Below the pieces are notes generated by a model, which was not told the DNA's origin, searched no databases, and worked only from the letters and a program-made list of their open reading frames with translations. The position numbers and the translations under genes are program-made. A stretch of DNA of 64,000 bases from Candidatus Latescibacterota bacterium (GTDB taxonomy: Bacteria; Latescibacterota; UBA2968; UBA8231), in contig OZ252098.1 in the NCBI GenBank assembly GCA_965248355.1, positions 2,400,001 to 2,464,000 of the forward strand. Reading direction: 5' to 3'. Below, one piece after another: positions 30,135 to 39,997 of the stretch; the stretch's first letter is position 1; every line of letters begins with the position of its first letter.

Positions 30135-30950
30135 ATGGGAAGACTGGACGGCAAGGTCGCGGCGGTCACCGGTGGTGCGTCCGGCATCGGCGAAGCCACG
30201 GTGCGGCGGTTCGTGGATGAGGGCGCACGGGTGGCCTTTGCCGACCGCGACCGCCCCCGCGGCGCCTGCATCGCCGCAGGGATCGAGGCCGGCGGTGGGG
30301 AGGCGCTGTTCGTGGAGGCCCGCATGGACCGCGAAGCCGAGGCCGCCGCCTTCATCCGGCGCGCGGTGGATCACTTCGGTCAGCTCGACATCCTCGTGAA
30401 CAACGCCGCCATCCGTCTCTACAACACCGTGACCGAAGCCAGCGAGGAGAGCTGGGACGCCATCTGGGCGGTGAACGTCAAGGGCTACGCCTTCTGCGCC
30501 AAAGCCGCGATTCCCTTCCTGCGCCAGAGCGGCAAGGGCAGCATCGTCAACATCGCCTCCAACAGCGCGGTGATCGCGAGCCGCAACGCGGTGCAGTACG
30601 ACACCACCAAGGCAGCGGTCACCGGCTTGACCCGGGCCATGGCCCTGGACCATGCCGAAGAAGGCATCCGGGTCAATGCCCTCTGTCCGGGACCGACCTT
30701 CACCCCCTTCCATCAGCGGCGAGCCGCCGCGGCCGGGCAGACCGAGTCATTCAAGGAAGAGTTCGGACGTTCCACCATGCTCAGGCGGGCGGCCAGGCCC
30801 GAGGAGATCGCCGCCTGCGTGCTGTTCCTGGCTTCCGACGACGCCTCCTTCGTCACCGGCACCTGCCTCTTTGCAGACGGCGGCGAGACCTCCATGGGAA
30901 GCAACCGCGCATTGGGTTCCCCGGACCGGGACCGTCGCGACGATGGCTGA
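30135..30950 (+). CDS. Short-chain dehydrogenase/reductase (SDR)
   Basis: TGGASGIG, NNAA, YDTTK, IRVNALCPG, ASFVTG. Confidence 0.93.
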   Translation: MGRLDGKVAAVTGGASGIGEATVRRFVDEGARVAFADRDRPRGACIAAGIEAGGGEALFVEARMDREAEAAAFIRRAVDHFGQLDILVNNAAIRLYNTVTEASEESWDAIWAVNVKGYAFCAKAAIPFLRQSGKGSIVNIASNSAVIASRNAVQYDTTKAAVTGLTRAMALDHAEEGIRVNALCPGPTFTPFHQRRAAAAGQTESFKEEFGRSTMLRRAARPEEIAACVLFLASDDASFVTGTCLFADGGETSMGSNRALGSPDRDRRDDG

Positions 30951-30955
30951 TCCGG

Positions 30956-31059
30956 TCCAGGAGTGGTCGGGCGAGGACACCCCCTGGAGGAAGCCGGCTT
31001 CGAGACGGTCTGCCTCTGGCGGGCGGTGCACAGGCGGTGGTGAGGGCCAGGAAGAAGCC
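30956..31059 (+). repeat. Degenerate copy of the methyltransferase 3' end (source 29531-29664)
   Basis: GGAGTGGTC.GGCGAGGACACC...CTGGAGGA.G.CGGCTTCGA..CGGTCTGCCT.TGGCGGG.GGTGC...GGCGGTGGTGAGGGCC.GGAAG in both copies. Confidence 0.85.
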
Positions 31060-31133
31060 ATATGCCTAGCACCGGACGCCCCGCAAGCTCGCTCCTCGTG
31101 GACGCCGGCACCACAGCATAGGGCCTCTTTCCC

Positions 31134-31331
31134 TTAGTTGGCTTCTTGCCGCTTCCTGGGAGATGCCGGATTGTGATTCGCTTTCCGAGGTGGAAAGCTG
31201 ACCAGCCTCTTCCCCTTCATGCTCTGGCGTCTCTGGACGTCATCGAATATGGCATCCCGATCGTGGCCGAACTTCGCCGCGTACTCCTCCCGCAGCTTCC
31301 TCGTCTCCTCGACGATGGGATCGCGCTTCAT
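31134..31331 (-). CDS. Small putative antitoxin (DPIVEE.R..R type, normally downstream of a PIN toxin)
   Basis: MKRDPIVEETRKLREEYAAKFGHD..AIF.D; SD GGAGG within the upstream PIN remnant. Confidence 0.7.
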   Translation of the reverse strand: MKRDPIVEETRKLREEYAAKFGHDRDAIFDDVQRRQSMKGKRLVSFPPRKANHNPASPRKRQEAN

Positions 31332-31332
31332 C

Positions 31333-31377
31333 TCAGTCCTCCATCAACTCCTGAGGTGTGCAGATCGTCGGTGGTTC
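31333..31377 (-). pseudogene. C-terminal remnant of a PIN/VapC-like toxin
   Basis: Reads EPPTICTPQELMED*, resembling the ICTPxEL tail of PIN toxins paired with this antitoxin type; the rest is missing. Confidence 0.6.
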
Positions 31378-32347
31378 AGGGCCGCAGCACCACCACGAAG
31401 CCCACCGAGTCGACCGACGCCGAGGCGAAGATCCCCATCCCTCCCTCCACCGAGAAGAGGGGCCGCTCGAAGTTGTCGCCCGCCAGGCCGCCGGCCCACC
31501 CCCCCTGCTCCTGCGCGTCGGCGCTCGTGCGGGCGTAATCGAACCAGTTGCGGTCGAGGGCGTAGACCTTCACGATGGAACGCCCGGCGTAGTACACGGC
31601 GAACCACGGCCAGCGCAGGATCCCCTCCCTGACCTCCAGGGGAGGCGACTGGTTCCGGCTCGGGTCCGGGTCGTCCTCGTAGAAGGTGTCCAGGTCCTCG
31701 TCGACCTTGTTCGGGTACCGCTCCAGGGTGAAGATCGCCGCCTGGTAACCCTCCGCCTCCACCGCCTCCAGGTGGATCTCGAGCACCCCCTCCAGGTAGA
31801 GGAGCTGGTTCTCCGGCGCCTCGAACACCCCGTCGCCAGCCTCGGCAAAGGACTTGAGGGTGCGCAGGATCTGGCCGGTCTCCCAGTCGATGAGCACCGC
31901 CTGCCGCACCCGCAGCCTGTCCGGCGTGGTCGTACGCCCCCACACGCGCTGCCCCTCCACCTCGACTTCGAGTTGATACTCGGTCCGGGGCTCGACCCGG
32001 GGCGGGTCCGGCGGCGGCAGGTAACGGCCGGGGGCATCAGGGTCGGCGGCGTACTCGAAGACCCGTTCGCCTTGAAGGATGCGGACCCGGGCGTCGGACA
32101 CCCCCGCCGCCTCGCTGTCGTAAGCGATGTCGGGGGCCAGGCTACGCCGCACGAACAGCTCGGGCAGGTCCTGGTCGACCAGCAGCAGGGCGTCGACCAC
32201 CAGGTCGCTGTCCTCCTCCGCCGAGCCGAAGAGACTCCCCGGCTGGCGCTCGGCGGAGCACGCCGCCAGGCACAGGAGAAGCGGCAAGCAGCGCCCGGCG
32301 AGCTGAATCGGCCAGCCGAGCCGTGACGGGAAAGATTCAGGGGTCAT
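31376..32347 (-). CDS. DUF4249-family lipoprotein
   Basis: Lipobox LAAC; C-terminal SVEGGMGIFAS; downstream of the TonB receptor. Confidence 0.75.
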   Translation of the reverse strand: MTPESFPSRLGWPIQLAGRCLPLLLCLAACSAERQPGSLFGSAEEDSDLVVDALLLVDQDLPELFVRRSLAPDIAYDSEAAGVSDARVRILQGERVFEYAADPDAPGRYLPPPDPPRVEPRTEYQLEVEVEGQRVWGRTTTPDRLRVRQAVLIDWETGQILRTLKSFAEAGDGVFEAPENQLLYLEGVLEIHLEAVEAEGYQAAIFTLERYPNKVDEDLDTFYEDDPDPSRNQSPPLEVREGILRWPWFAVYYAGRSIVKVYALDRNWFDYARTSADAQEQGGWAGGLAGDNFERPLFSVEGGMGIFASASVDSVGFVVVLRP

Positions 32348-32356
32348 GGGCGATCC

Positions 32357-34639
32357 TCAGAAGGCGAAGTTCAAGCCCAGGGTCGGCACGATGGGCAGCT
32401 GCGGGACCACCTCCGCCTTGGTCTCGGATTCTTCAGTTTCGTACAGCACGAACCACTCGTTGCGCCGGCTGTAGAGGTTGAAGACCTGCAGGTAGATCTC
32501 GGATTCAAGGCCCCACAGCGTCAGGTCGCGGGTGGCGCTGACGTCGAGGCGGTGGTAGGGCAGCAGGCGGGCGCTGTTGCGCCGCGACGGCAGCACGTGG
32601 TCATACGCGACCCCGGTGGTCGGCTCGCGCAGTGAGTAGCGCACCGAGGCGGGGGTGAAGGCCTGCCCCGTGGCGTAGACGAGGTTGGAGCCCAGGCGCC
32701 ATTTCCCGGCCCGGTAGGAGAGCACGAAGGAGAGGTCGTGGCGGCGGTCGTACTTGGGCGGGAAGGCGCGTCCCTGGTTCAGCTCCGGGAAGGTGCGCCG
32801 CGTCCAGCCCAGGGTGTAGCCCGCCCAGCCGGTGAGAGCTCCCGAGCGCCGCTGCAGGAAGAGCTCGACCCCGCTGGCCCAGCCGGTGCCGCCGCTGAGG
32901 AAGATGTCCTCGGAGCGCGCGGCTTCGCTGTCGGCGGCCACGGCGATGTCCAGCACCACGAGGTTCGCCAGGTCCGTGTAGTAGCCCTCCACCGTGAACT
33001 GGTATTGCCGCGACGGGTTCCACTCCGCGCCTGCCACCCCCTGCCAGGAGCGCCCCGGCTCGACGCTGTCGTCCAGGGGCACCCAGATGTCACCGCCGCT
33101 GAAGGTCTCCGTGGTGATCAGCTGCAGGTACTGCCGGTACATCCCCCCGGCGAGCTTGACGCGGACCTTCTCGGTGAGGGCCCGGCTGAGGGAGAGACGC
33201 GGGCTGAAGTGCAGGCGGTTGCCTTCGCTGAACCAGGTGCCCCGCCCCCCGAGCCGCAGGCGGGTGACCGGATCGGCCTGCCACTGGTCCTGCACGTAGG
33301 CCGAGATCAGCCCCGAGCCCTGGCGCAGGTCGTCCTGCTCCTCGCGGTTGAAGATCTGGGAAAAGTGGAACCTGAACAGGGTGGCCAGGAAGCCGATGGT
33401 GAGGGTGTGGTCTCGATGGGCGAAGTAGTCGAGGTCGCCCTTGAGAGAAAGGTCGCGGATGCTGTTGACGACTGTGAAGGGGGTGCTGAACACGCTGAAG
33501 TCGATGACGCTCCTGTAGTACGAGCCGGCCGCCATGAAGTGGCCGAAGAGATCGGGCGAGAACACCCGCGTCCAGCGCGCCGTCACTGCGCGGTTGCCCC
33601 AGCGCAGGTCGGCGAAGGACTCCTCCTCTTCTTCCTGGCCGGTGCTCACCGTGTCAACACTGGACTCCTCTTCCCTGAAGAACTCGGCCCGAAGGTCGTC
33701 CTGGCCCCAGTAGGTGCTCAGCGTGAAGGTGTCGTCCCCGCGCCGCTGGTTGATCTTGCCGTTGAAGTCGTAGAAGTAGTAACCGAGGGGGATGTCGACG
33801 TCGAAGGCGCGGATGGTGCCGAAGACGGGCTCCAGGTAGGTGCGGCGGCCGGCCGCCATCCACGAGCCGCCGTCGATCGGTCCCTCGGCCAGCAGGCGGC
33901 TGGAGATGAGACTGATGCCGCCGCGGCCGCTGAAGCGCTGCCGGTTGCCCTCGCGGTTGCTCACGTCGAGGACGGCCCCGAGGGTGCGGCCGTACGGCGC
34001 CGGGTAGGCCCCCTTGTAGAGCTGCACGTCCTTGATGGCGTCGGGGTTGAAGGTGGAGAAGAACCCGAAGAGGTGGGAGGGGTTGTACAGGGGGATGTGG
34101 TCGAGGAGGATGGCCGTCTGGTCAGGACCCCCGCCGCGCACATAGAGACCGCTGCTGAAGTCGGAGGCGGACTGGATGCCCGGCAGCAGTTGCAGGCTGC
34201 GCAGCAGGTCGGCCTCGCCCATGGCCGGCATCTGCTGCAGGGGCTCCACCTGCAGGGCGATGAAGCTGCTCTGGGTGGCCTGCTCCCGCTCTTCCTCGCG
34301 CTCGGCCTCCACGACCACCACCTCCTCCCGGAAGGGCCGCGAAACCAGGGACCAGCTGCGCCGCACGTCGGTGCCGGCCTCGAAGCGCAGCGTGTCCCGG
34401 AGGGCCTCGAATCCCACGTGGGAGGCGGTGACCACGTACTCGCCGTCCGGCACCTGCTTGACGGCGTAGTAGCCGCTGCTGTTGCACTGCGCGCCCAGGC
34501 GGACCCCCTCCACGACCACGGCCGCCAGGGGCAGGGCCTCGCCGTTGTCCGCGTCGGTCACGAACCCGCTCAGGGTGGCCGCCCGCACGGCTCCGGCGGC
34601 CAGCAGCCAGAGCGCGGCTATCCGTGCGATCGCTCTCAT
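32357..34639 (-). CDS. TonB-dependent receptor (CarboxypepD_reg + plug + barrel)
   Basis: Signal peptide, LSGFVTDADNGEAL, GEADLLRSLQLLPG, LYVRGG, YNPSHLFG, YDRRH, FNLYSR, terminal F. Confidence 0.92.
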   Translation of the reverse strand: MRAIARIAALWLLAAGAVRAATLSGFVTDADNGEALPLAAVVVEGVRLGAQCNSSGYYAVKQVPDGEYVVTASHVGFEALRDTLRFEAGTDVRRSWSLVSRPFREEVVVVEAEREEEREQATQSSFIALQVEPLQQMPAMGEADLLRSLQLLPGIQSASDFSSGLYVRGGGPDQTAILLDHIPLYNPSHLFGFFSTFNPDAIKDVQLYKGAYPAPYGRTLGAVLDVSNREGNRQRFSGRGGISLISSRLLAEGPIDGGSWMAAGRRTYLEPVFGTIRAFDVDIPLGYYFYDFNGKINQRRGDDTFTLSTYWGQDDLRAEFFREEESSVDTVSTGQEEEEESFADLRWGNRAVTARWTRVFSPDLFGHFMAAGSYYRSVIDFSVFSTPFTVVNSIRDLSLKGDLDYFAHRDHTLTIGFLATLFRFHFSQIFNREEQDDLRQGSGLISAYVQDQWQADPVTRLRLGGRGTWFSEGNRLHFSPRLSLSRALTEKVRVKLAGGMYRQYLQLITTETFSGGDIWVPLDDSVEPGRSWQGVAGAEWNPSRQYQFTVEGYYTDLANLVVLDIAVAADSEAARSEDIFLSGGTGWASGVELFLQRRSGALTGWAGYTLGWTRRTFPELNQGRAFPPKYDRRHDLSFVLSYRAGKWRLGSNLVYATGQAFTPASVRYSLREPTTGVAYDHVLPSRRNSARLLPYHRLDVSATRDLTLWGLESEIYLQVFNLYSRRNEWFVLYETEESETKAEVVPQLPIVPTLGLNFAF

Positions 34640-34719
34640 TCGTCTCCGCAATGGAGTGGAGCCCCGGGCGGGGCGGTATTCAAGACGAAGGTCGGCGGAG
34701 GCGGGTTCCTCGCCGGGGC

Positions 34720-35040
34720 CTACTCGGGAGGCAGCGCCTCCTCGATCCAATTGAAGCAGGCCACGGCGGAAGGCATGCCGATGGTGCCGGCCGCCAGGGC
34801 CACCACCTGCTCGACCTCCTCGCGGGTGATTCCCATGGCCGCCGCCTTGCGGACTCCCGAGCGCACGGCGCCGGTGCGCATGGCGCCCATGGCCACGCCC
34901 AGCTTGACGAGGCGGCGGGTGCGGGCGTCCAGGGGGCCCTCCTGCTCGGCCTCGCCGATCAGGTCCCAGGCCTTGCCCAGCTTGGGGTAGCGGCCGATGA
35001 AGTTGCGGTAGCTCTCGGGGGGCTTGCCGGCGCTCGACAC
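34720..35040 (-). CDS. Carboxymuconolactone decarboxylase family protein
   Basis: GPLDARTRRLVKLG, GITREEVEQV, TIGMP. Confidence 0.8.
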   Translation of the reverse strand: MSSAGKPPESYRNFIGRYPKLGKAWDLIGEAEQEGPLDARTRRLVKLGVAMGAMRTGAVRSGVRKAAAMGITREEVEQVVALAAGTIGMPSAVACFNWIEEALPPE

Positions 35041-35148
35041 GGGGGCCTTCCTCGTTTCTGGGATCGCATAAACTCCCAAAGCACGGTCTCAGCGCGATTG
35101 CGGTCCAGGCGTCCGACCGCACTACCGGCGGCCGCAGCCCTCCCGGCG

Positions 35149-36234
35149 CTACCGGGCGCCGATCCCCTCCAGGTACTCCACCTGCTTCTTCCGCTTCTGC
35201 TCGCGGCCGACGGCCAGGGCCGTGCGCCCCCGGCCGTCCCTGGCGTTCACCTTCGCGCCGAAGTCGACGAGCATCTTCAGCATCTCCACCCGGCAGCCGT
35301 AGCGCACCGCCGCGTGCAGGGCGGTCTCGCCCTCGGCGCTGCCGATGTCGTTGGGGTCCACCCCCTTCTCCAGGAACCAGCGGGCGCCGTGGACGCTGCG
35401 GCCGTGCATGCAGCAGCCCAGGGGCGTGTAGCCGCCGTGATGCTCGGTCCCGCGCTGATCGTTCAGATCGACGCCGCGCTCGACGAGCAGGTCGAGGACA
35501 TCGAAGGCGCGGTCCTGGGCGGCGTGGTTCAGGGTGTCGCCGTCCTGGATCCCGGCGCCGGCGTCGAGCAGGTAGCCGACCAGCTCCACGTTCCGGGAGC
35601 CGATGGCGGAATCCAGCCCGTCGTCGGGCCGGGCCCCGGCCTCGACCAGGGCCCGCGCCACGGCCACGTACGCCTGCGGCTGCGCGCCGGAGCCGGCGGG
35701 CCGGGACTGGGCGCAATAGCGGAGGGGCGTCCAGCCGTTGGCCTCGTCGGCGGCCGTGGCCTGGGCGGGATCCTTCTGCAGCAGTGTCCGGACCCGCCGC
35801 GCGTCGGCCATGACGCAGGCGTTGTAGATGTCGTTGGTCGTGCACCCCTTCAGCAGCGGCACGAACTGTCCCTCGCCGCCGCGCACGGCCAAGGCCAGGG
35901 GCGTCAGCTGCGCGTGGGAGCCGCGCCGGTCGGGGTCGGCGCCGTGCTTCAGCAGCAGCTCCACCAGCTCCACGTGCCGGGGGCCGCGGGGCGCCGTCTG
36001 CTTGTGCTCCACGGTGCGGTGCAGGGGCCGGTAGTGGTGGGCGGACTTCGACTTGATGTTCGGGTCGGCGCCGTGCCTCAGCAGGTATTCCACGGCCTCC
36101 ACCTGCCCCTCGAAGCAGGCGTCCATGATCGGCTGCCAGTCCCGCGCCAGGGGCGGGTCGGCCTCGACCATGGCCTTCATCTTCTTCAGGTCGCCGTCGG
36201 CGGCGGCGAGGGCCAGTCTCTTTGCAGGTCTCAT
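35149..36234 (-). CDS. Ankyrin repeat protein
   Basis: Repeated LLRHGADPN, TPLALA, GYTPL, GETALHAA, GAKVNARDGRGRTAL. Confidence 0.92.
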   Translation of the reverse strand: MRPAKRLALAAADGDLKKMKAMVEADPPLARDWQPIMDACFEGQVEAVEYLLRHGADPNIKSKSAHHYRPLHRTVEHKQTAPRGPRHVELVELLLKHGADPDRRGSHAQLTPLALAVRGGEGQFVPLLKGCTTNDIYNACVMADARRVRTLLQKDPAQATAADEANGWTPLRYCAQSRPAGSGAQPQAYVAVARALVEAGARPDDGLDSAIGSRNVELVGYLLDAGAGIQDGDTLNHAAQDRAFDVLDLLVERGVDLNDQRGTEHHGGYTPLGCCMHGRSVHGARWFLEKGVDPNDIGSAEGETALHAAVRYGCRVEMLKMLVDFGAKVNARDGRGRTALAVGREQKRKKQVEYLEGIGAR

Positions 36235-36564
36235 CCTGACAGATTCAGCCTGGTTGAGGTGAGCTTTCGGCACCCCGGCCGGGACGCGCGTGCTACAGCC
36301 ATCCGGGGGCGCGCTGTTCCGGTGGCCCGAAGCCCCCGGCTCGGCGGCATAAGGTGGCCCGGGATCCGCCGGCGTGCAACATTCAGCGGCCTGCGCCCGC
36401 GGCCTTGGCCGCCCTCCACCCATCTGCCGGGACCCGTGTTCCATGACGCCAACCTTCGGCTGCGCGCCCAAAGGTCCGGCCGGCCCTTCGACGGCCGGTC
36501 CGGGTGAGAGCGGTCCGCGCGTCGAGGCCCCTCGGAACCCGCGCCTCCGGCGGAGGCCCCGGAC

Positions 36565-37395
36565 ATGACCGGCCCCTGGCGACCCGTCGAGACGGGCGGC
36601 GTCGAGGAGGCCCTGACGGACGGGCGGGATCCCCTGCGCCGCCTCGTCGAGGCCGGGATCCCCGCCATCATCCTGCGGGGCGCCTACCCGGCCTCGGCCT
36701 GCGCCGGCCTCGTGCGCCGCTTCATCGAGCGGGGCCTGATGCGGGACCCGGGAAAGCCGGCCCCGCCCGATGCCCCGGTGCGCATCGACATCGGCACCAG
36801 CCTCGGCAACCTCGGTCACGACCAGCCGGCGTTCTTCGCCCACGCCCGCGAGACCCACGAGCTGTTCTCCACCCTCTTCGACGGCTTCCCCGATCCGGTG
36901 GACCGCCTCTACGGCGTCCTGCGACGGCTGGCCGGCAACAAGCAGGTGATCACCGCCCGCGAGCCGGACGGCCGCCTCTACGGTCCGGCGATCTTCCGCA
37001 TCCACTACGACAGTCAGTTCTACCCCCCCCACATCGATCACGTGGTGCTGCGGGAGAAGCGCTTCAACTACGCGGTGAGCCGCTACCCGGTGCAGCTCGC
37101 CGGCGTCCTGTGCCTGCAGAACGCGGCCAGCACGGCAACGACCCAGGCCATCCTGCACCAGTGTCCCTGGTCGGAGGAGGTGCAGCCCCACCTGGCCGCC
37201 GACACCTACCCCGAGTACGCCCGGCGGCAAGGGCTGGGCCACGGCCGCGTGGAGCTGGAGCCGGGAGACCTCTACTTCTTCAACACCGGCCTGGTGCACG
37301 AAGTGCCGGCCGTCGTCGGGGACTCGCCCAGGATCGTGCTCGCCGTGTTCATCGGCTACGGCGCCGGCGAACGGGAGATCTTCGTCTGGTCGTGA
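36565..37395 (+). CDS. Putative 2OG-Fe(II) oxygenase-fold protein
   Basis: PPHID (HxD), LEPGDLYFFN..LVHEV, terminal R. Confidence 0.6.
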   Translation: MTGPWRPVETGGVEEALTDGRDPLRRLVEAGIPAIILRGAYPASACAGLVRRFIERGLMRDPGKPAPPDAPVRIDIGTSLGNLGHDQPAFFAHARETHELFSTLFDGFPDPVDRLYGVLRRLAGNKQVITAREPDGRLYGPAIFRIHYDSQFYPPHIDHVVLREKRFNYAVSRYPVQLAGVLCLQNAASTATTQAILHQCPWSEEVQPHLAADTYPEYARRQGLGHGRVELEPGDLYFFNTGLVHEVPAVVGDSPRIVLAVFIGYGAGEREIFVWS

Positions 37396-37477
37396 GGCCC
37401 CCTTGTCGCTCCCGCAACCTCCCCCTATCTTCCTCCCATTCAACGAGTTTCCAACCCTTCAAGGAGCCCTCCCCGTC

Positions 37478-37720
37478 ATGCCGAACTTCAGCGTCGAGCT
37501 GTCCGACGACGAGCCTTTCGAGCGCGCCCTGCGCCGCTTCACCTCCAAGACCAAGCGCACGGGTCTGATGCGCGACATCAAGCGCAAGCGCTTCTACACC
37601 AAGCCGTCGGTGCAGAAGAAGCTCGACCTGCAGAAGAGCATTCGCCGCCGCAAGAAGGCCGAGCGCATCGCCCGGCTGGCCGATATGGGTCTCGACCGCC
37701 GGGGCCGCAAGCGCCAATAG
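37478..37720 (+). CDS. rpsU: 30S ribosomal protein bS21
   Basis: EPFERALRRF..K..RTG...KRFYTKPS; SD AAGGAG. Confidence 0.93.
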   Translation: MPNFSVELSDDEPFERALRRFTSKTKRTGLMRDIKRKRFYTKPSVQKKLDLQKSIRRRKKAERIARLADMGLDRRGRKRQ

Positions 37721-37799
37721 CTCCTCCCCCCGCAGCGCAGGTCCCCCATCGCGGCGCCGGAGTCTCCCGGGGCCGCGATTCGCTTTTCCGGCCGCCGCC

Positions 37800-38909
37800 T
37801 CAAGGCCGGTGGAACTCGGCGGCCACCTCCTCCCCCACCAGCGCCCAGCGCCAGCCGCCGGCCAGGCGGTTGTGTCCCGCCTCCTTCTCCGGACCCTCCC
37901 GCACCAGGGATCGGACCTCGCCCCGCGTCGCCACCAGCCCCGGATCGATGCCCCGCTCCGAGGCGCGCTCCTTGACGCGCTCGGAGGCCGCCCGGGAGCG
38001 CATCTCCAGGGCGTGGCCGTGGCGGATCCGGGGAAGGCCGCAGGGCCAGGCCCCGGGCTCCAGCTCGAGCCCCGCCCGCACGGCCCGCAGGAGGGCCTCG
38101 CCACGGGTCCTGAGATGTCGTCTCAGGCTCCGGATCTCTTGCAGGTCCTCCATCTCCGATGGCTGCCGGTGCGCCAACAGGAGCAGCAGCTTGTCCGAAG
38201 CCACCTGCCCCCGAGGCCGGTCCAGCTCCCGCGCCTCCGCCTCCCGCCAGGCCGCCAGCTCGCGCAGCACCGCCAGCTCCCGGCGTCCGAGCTTCCCGTA
38301 GCCCTTGACCCGCCGGAAGGCCTCCCGCGGATCCCGCTCCTCGTAGAGGGCCGGATCGTCGAGGCCGGCCATCTCCTCCTGCAGCCAGTCCTCGACGCCG
38401 GCGGCTTCCGCCCGGCGGAGGAGCTCCTCGCGGGCGTCCACCAGGTAGCGCACGTCGTCCTCGGCGTACCCGGTCTGCGTGCCCGTGAGGGGCCGCCGCA
38501 GCCAGTCGGTGCGCGTCTCCGTCTTCTCCAGCTCGACCCCGAACAGCTCCTGCAGCAGGTCGCGCAAGGAGACGGTGTGCGGCAGGCCGGCGAAGCCGGC
38601 GGCGATGCGGGTGTCGAAGATGCGGCGAGGCGACGCCCCGGTCGCCGCGCGCAGAACGGTCAGGTCCTGCAACGCGTCGTGGAGGATCTTCACGGTGGAG
38701 CCGGCCAGCAGCTCCCCGAGCGGCCCGAGCCGCCCCTCGAGGGCGACGGCGTCCACCAGGTGGCAGGCGTCGGGCCCCAAGCCGAGCTGGATGACGCCCA
38801 GGGCCGGGTAGAAGGTGCGCTCCCAGACCATCTCCACGTCGATGGCCGCGCACCCCAGCCGGCGCGCCTCGTCGAGCCGTTCGGCCAGGCCCTGCTCGTC
38901 ATCGATCAA
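37800..38909 (-). CDS. rnd: Ribonuclease D (3'-5' exonuclease + HRDC)
   Basis: AIDVE..WERTFYP.LG.IQL, KILHDA.QD, FDTRIAA, TDWLRRPL, YA.DDV, HRDC WRE.EAR..D.P. Start codon uncertain. Confidence 0.9.
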   Translation of the reverse strand: MIDDEQGLAERLDEARRLGCAAIDVEMVWERTFYPALGVIQLGLGPDACHLVDAVALEGRLGPLGELLAGSTVKILHDALQDLTVLRAATGASPRRIFDTRIAAGFAGLPHTVSLRDLLQELFGVELEKTETRTDWLRRPLTGTQTGYAEDDVRYLVDAREELLRRAEAAGVEDWLQEEMAGLDDPALYEERDPREAFRRVKGYGKLGRRELAVLRELAAWREAEARELDRPRGQVASDKLLLLLAHRQPSEMEDLQEIRSLRRHLRTRGEALLRAVRAGLELEPGAWPCGLPRIRHGHALEMRSRAASERVKERASERGIDPGLVATRGEVRSLVREGPEKEAGHNRLAGGWRWALVGEEVAAEFHRP

Positions 38910-39007
38910 GTCTTTCTCCCTGCGGCAAAGCCGCGGACCAGTCCGTAGTATTGAGCCGCGAACGCGGCCCACCTTCCGATTCCCCGCAACCAACCCGAGA
39001 ACCCGCC

Positions 39008-39997
39008 ATGGAACCCAGACCCGACTGGCTCGCCCAGGTAAGCGAAGAGATCCTCGAGCCGGATCTTCCCATCGTCGACCCCCACCACCACTTCTGGGTG
39101 GAGAGCAGCTTCGGCCGCTACCTGCTCGACGACCTGTGGGCCGACACCGGCGCCGGGCACCGGGTGGAGCGCACCGTCTTCCTGGAGTGCCGCGCCGAGT
39201 ACCTGCGGGAGGGTCCGCAGGCGATGCGGCCGGTGGGCGAGACCCGCTTCGTCGCCGGTCTGGCCGCGGAGACCGCCGCCGGCCCCGAGGGCGCGGCCCG
39301 GGTGGGAGCGATCGTCGGCCACGCCGATCTGCTGCTGGGCGCCGCCGTGGAGGAGGTCCTGCACGCCCACCTGGAGACCAGCGGCCTCTTCCGCGGCATC
39401 CGGCACGCGGCCAGCTGGGACCGGGGGCTGAGCCCTTCCGGCCCAGGGGGCGGCCGCTACCTGGACCCGGCCTTCCGCGAAGGCTTCGCCAGGCTCGGTC
39501 CGCTGGGTCTGAGCTTCGACGCCTGGATCTACCACTCGCAGATCCCCGACCTCGTGGACCTGGCCCGGGCCTTTCCGGGAACCACCATCGTCCTCGACCA
39601 TCTCGGCGGCCCCCTGGGCACCGGCCCCTACGAGAACCGCCGAGAGGAGGTCTTCGAGGTCTGGCGCGGCCACATGGAGAGCCTGAGCCGCTGTCCCAAC
39701 GTGAACGTCAAGGTCGGGGGCATCGCCATGCCCCTGAACGGCTTCGGCTGGCACGAACGCGACCGGCCGCCCGGCTCGGAGGAGCTGGCCGAGGCGGACC
39801 GGCGCTGGTGCCTGCACGCCATCGAGACCTTCGGCCCCGGCCGCTGCATGTTCGAGAGCAACTTCCCCGTCGACAAGGTCTCGGTCTCCTACCCGGTGCT
39901 CTGGAACGCCTTCAAGCGCATCGCCGCCGGGCTCTCCGCCGCCGACAAGGAGGCCCTCTTCCGGGGCACCGCCTCGAGGGTCTACCGGCTCGATTAG
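39008..39997 (+). CDS. Amidohydrolase_2 family protein
   Basis: IVDPHHH, FRGIR, LSFDAW, LDHLG, MFESNFPVD. Confidence 0.9.
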   Translation: MEPRPDWLAQVSEEILEPDLPIVDPHHHFWVESSFGRYLLDDLWADTGAGHRVERTVFLECRAEYLREGPQAMRPVGETRFVAGLAAETAAGPEGAARVGAIVGHADLLLGAAVEEVLHAHLETSGLFRGIRHAASWDRGLSPSGPGGGRYLDPAFREGFARLGPLGLSFDAWIYHSQIPDLVDLARAFPGTTIVLDHLGGPLGTGPYENRREEVFEVWRGHMESLSRCPNVNVKVGGIAMPLNGFGWHERDRPPGSEELAEADRRWCLHAIETFGPGRCMFESNFPVDKVSVSYPVLWNAFKRIAAGLSAADKEALFRGTASRVYRLD

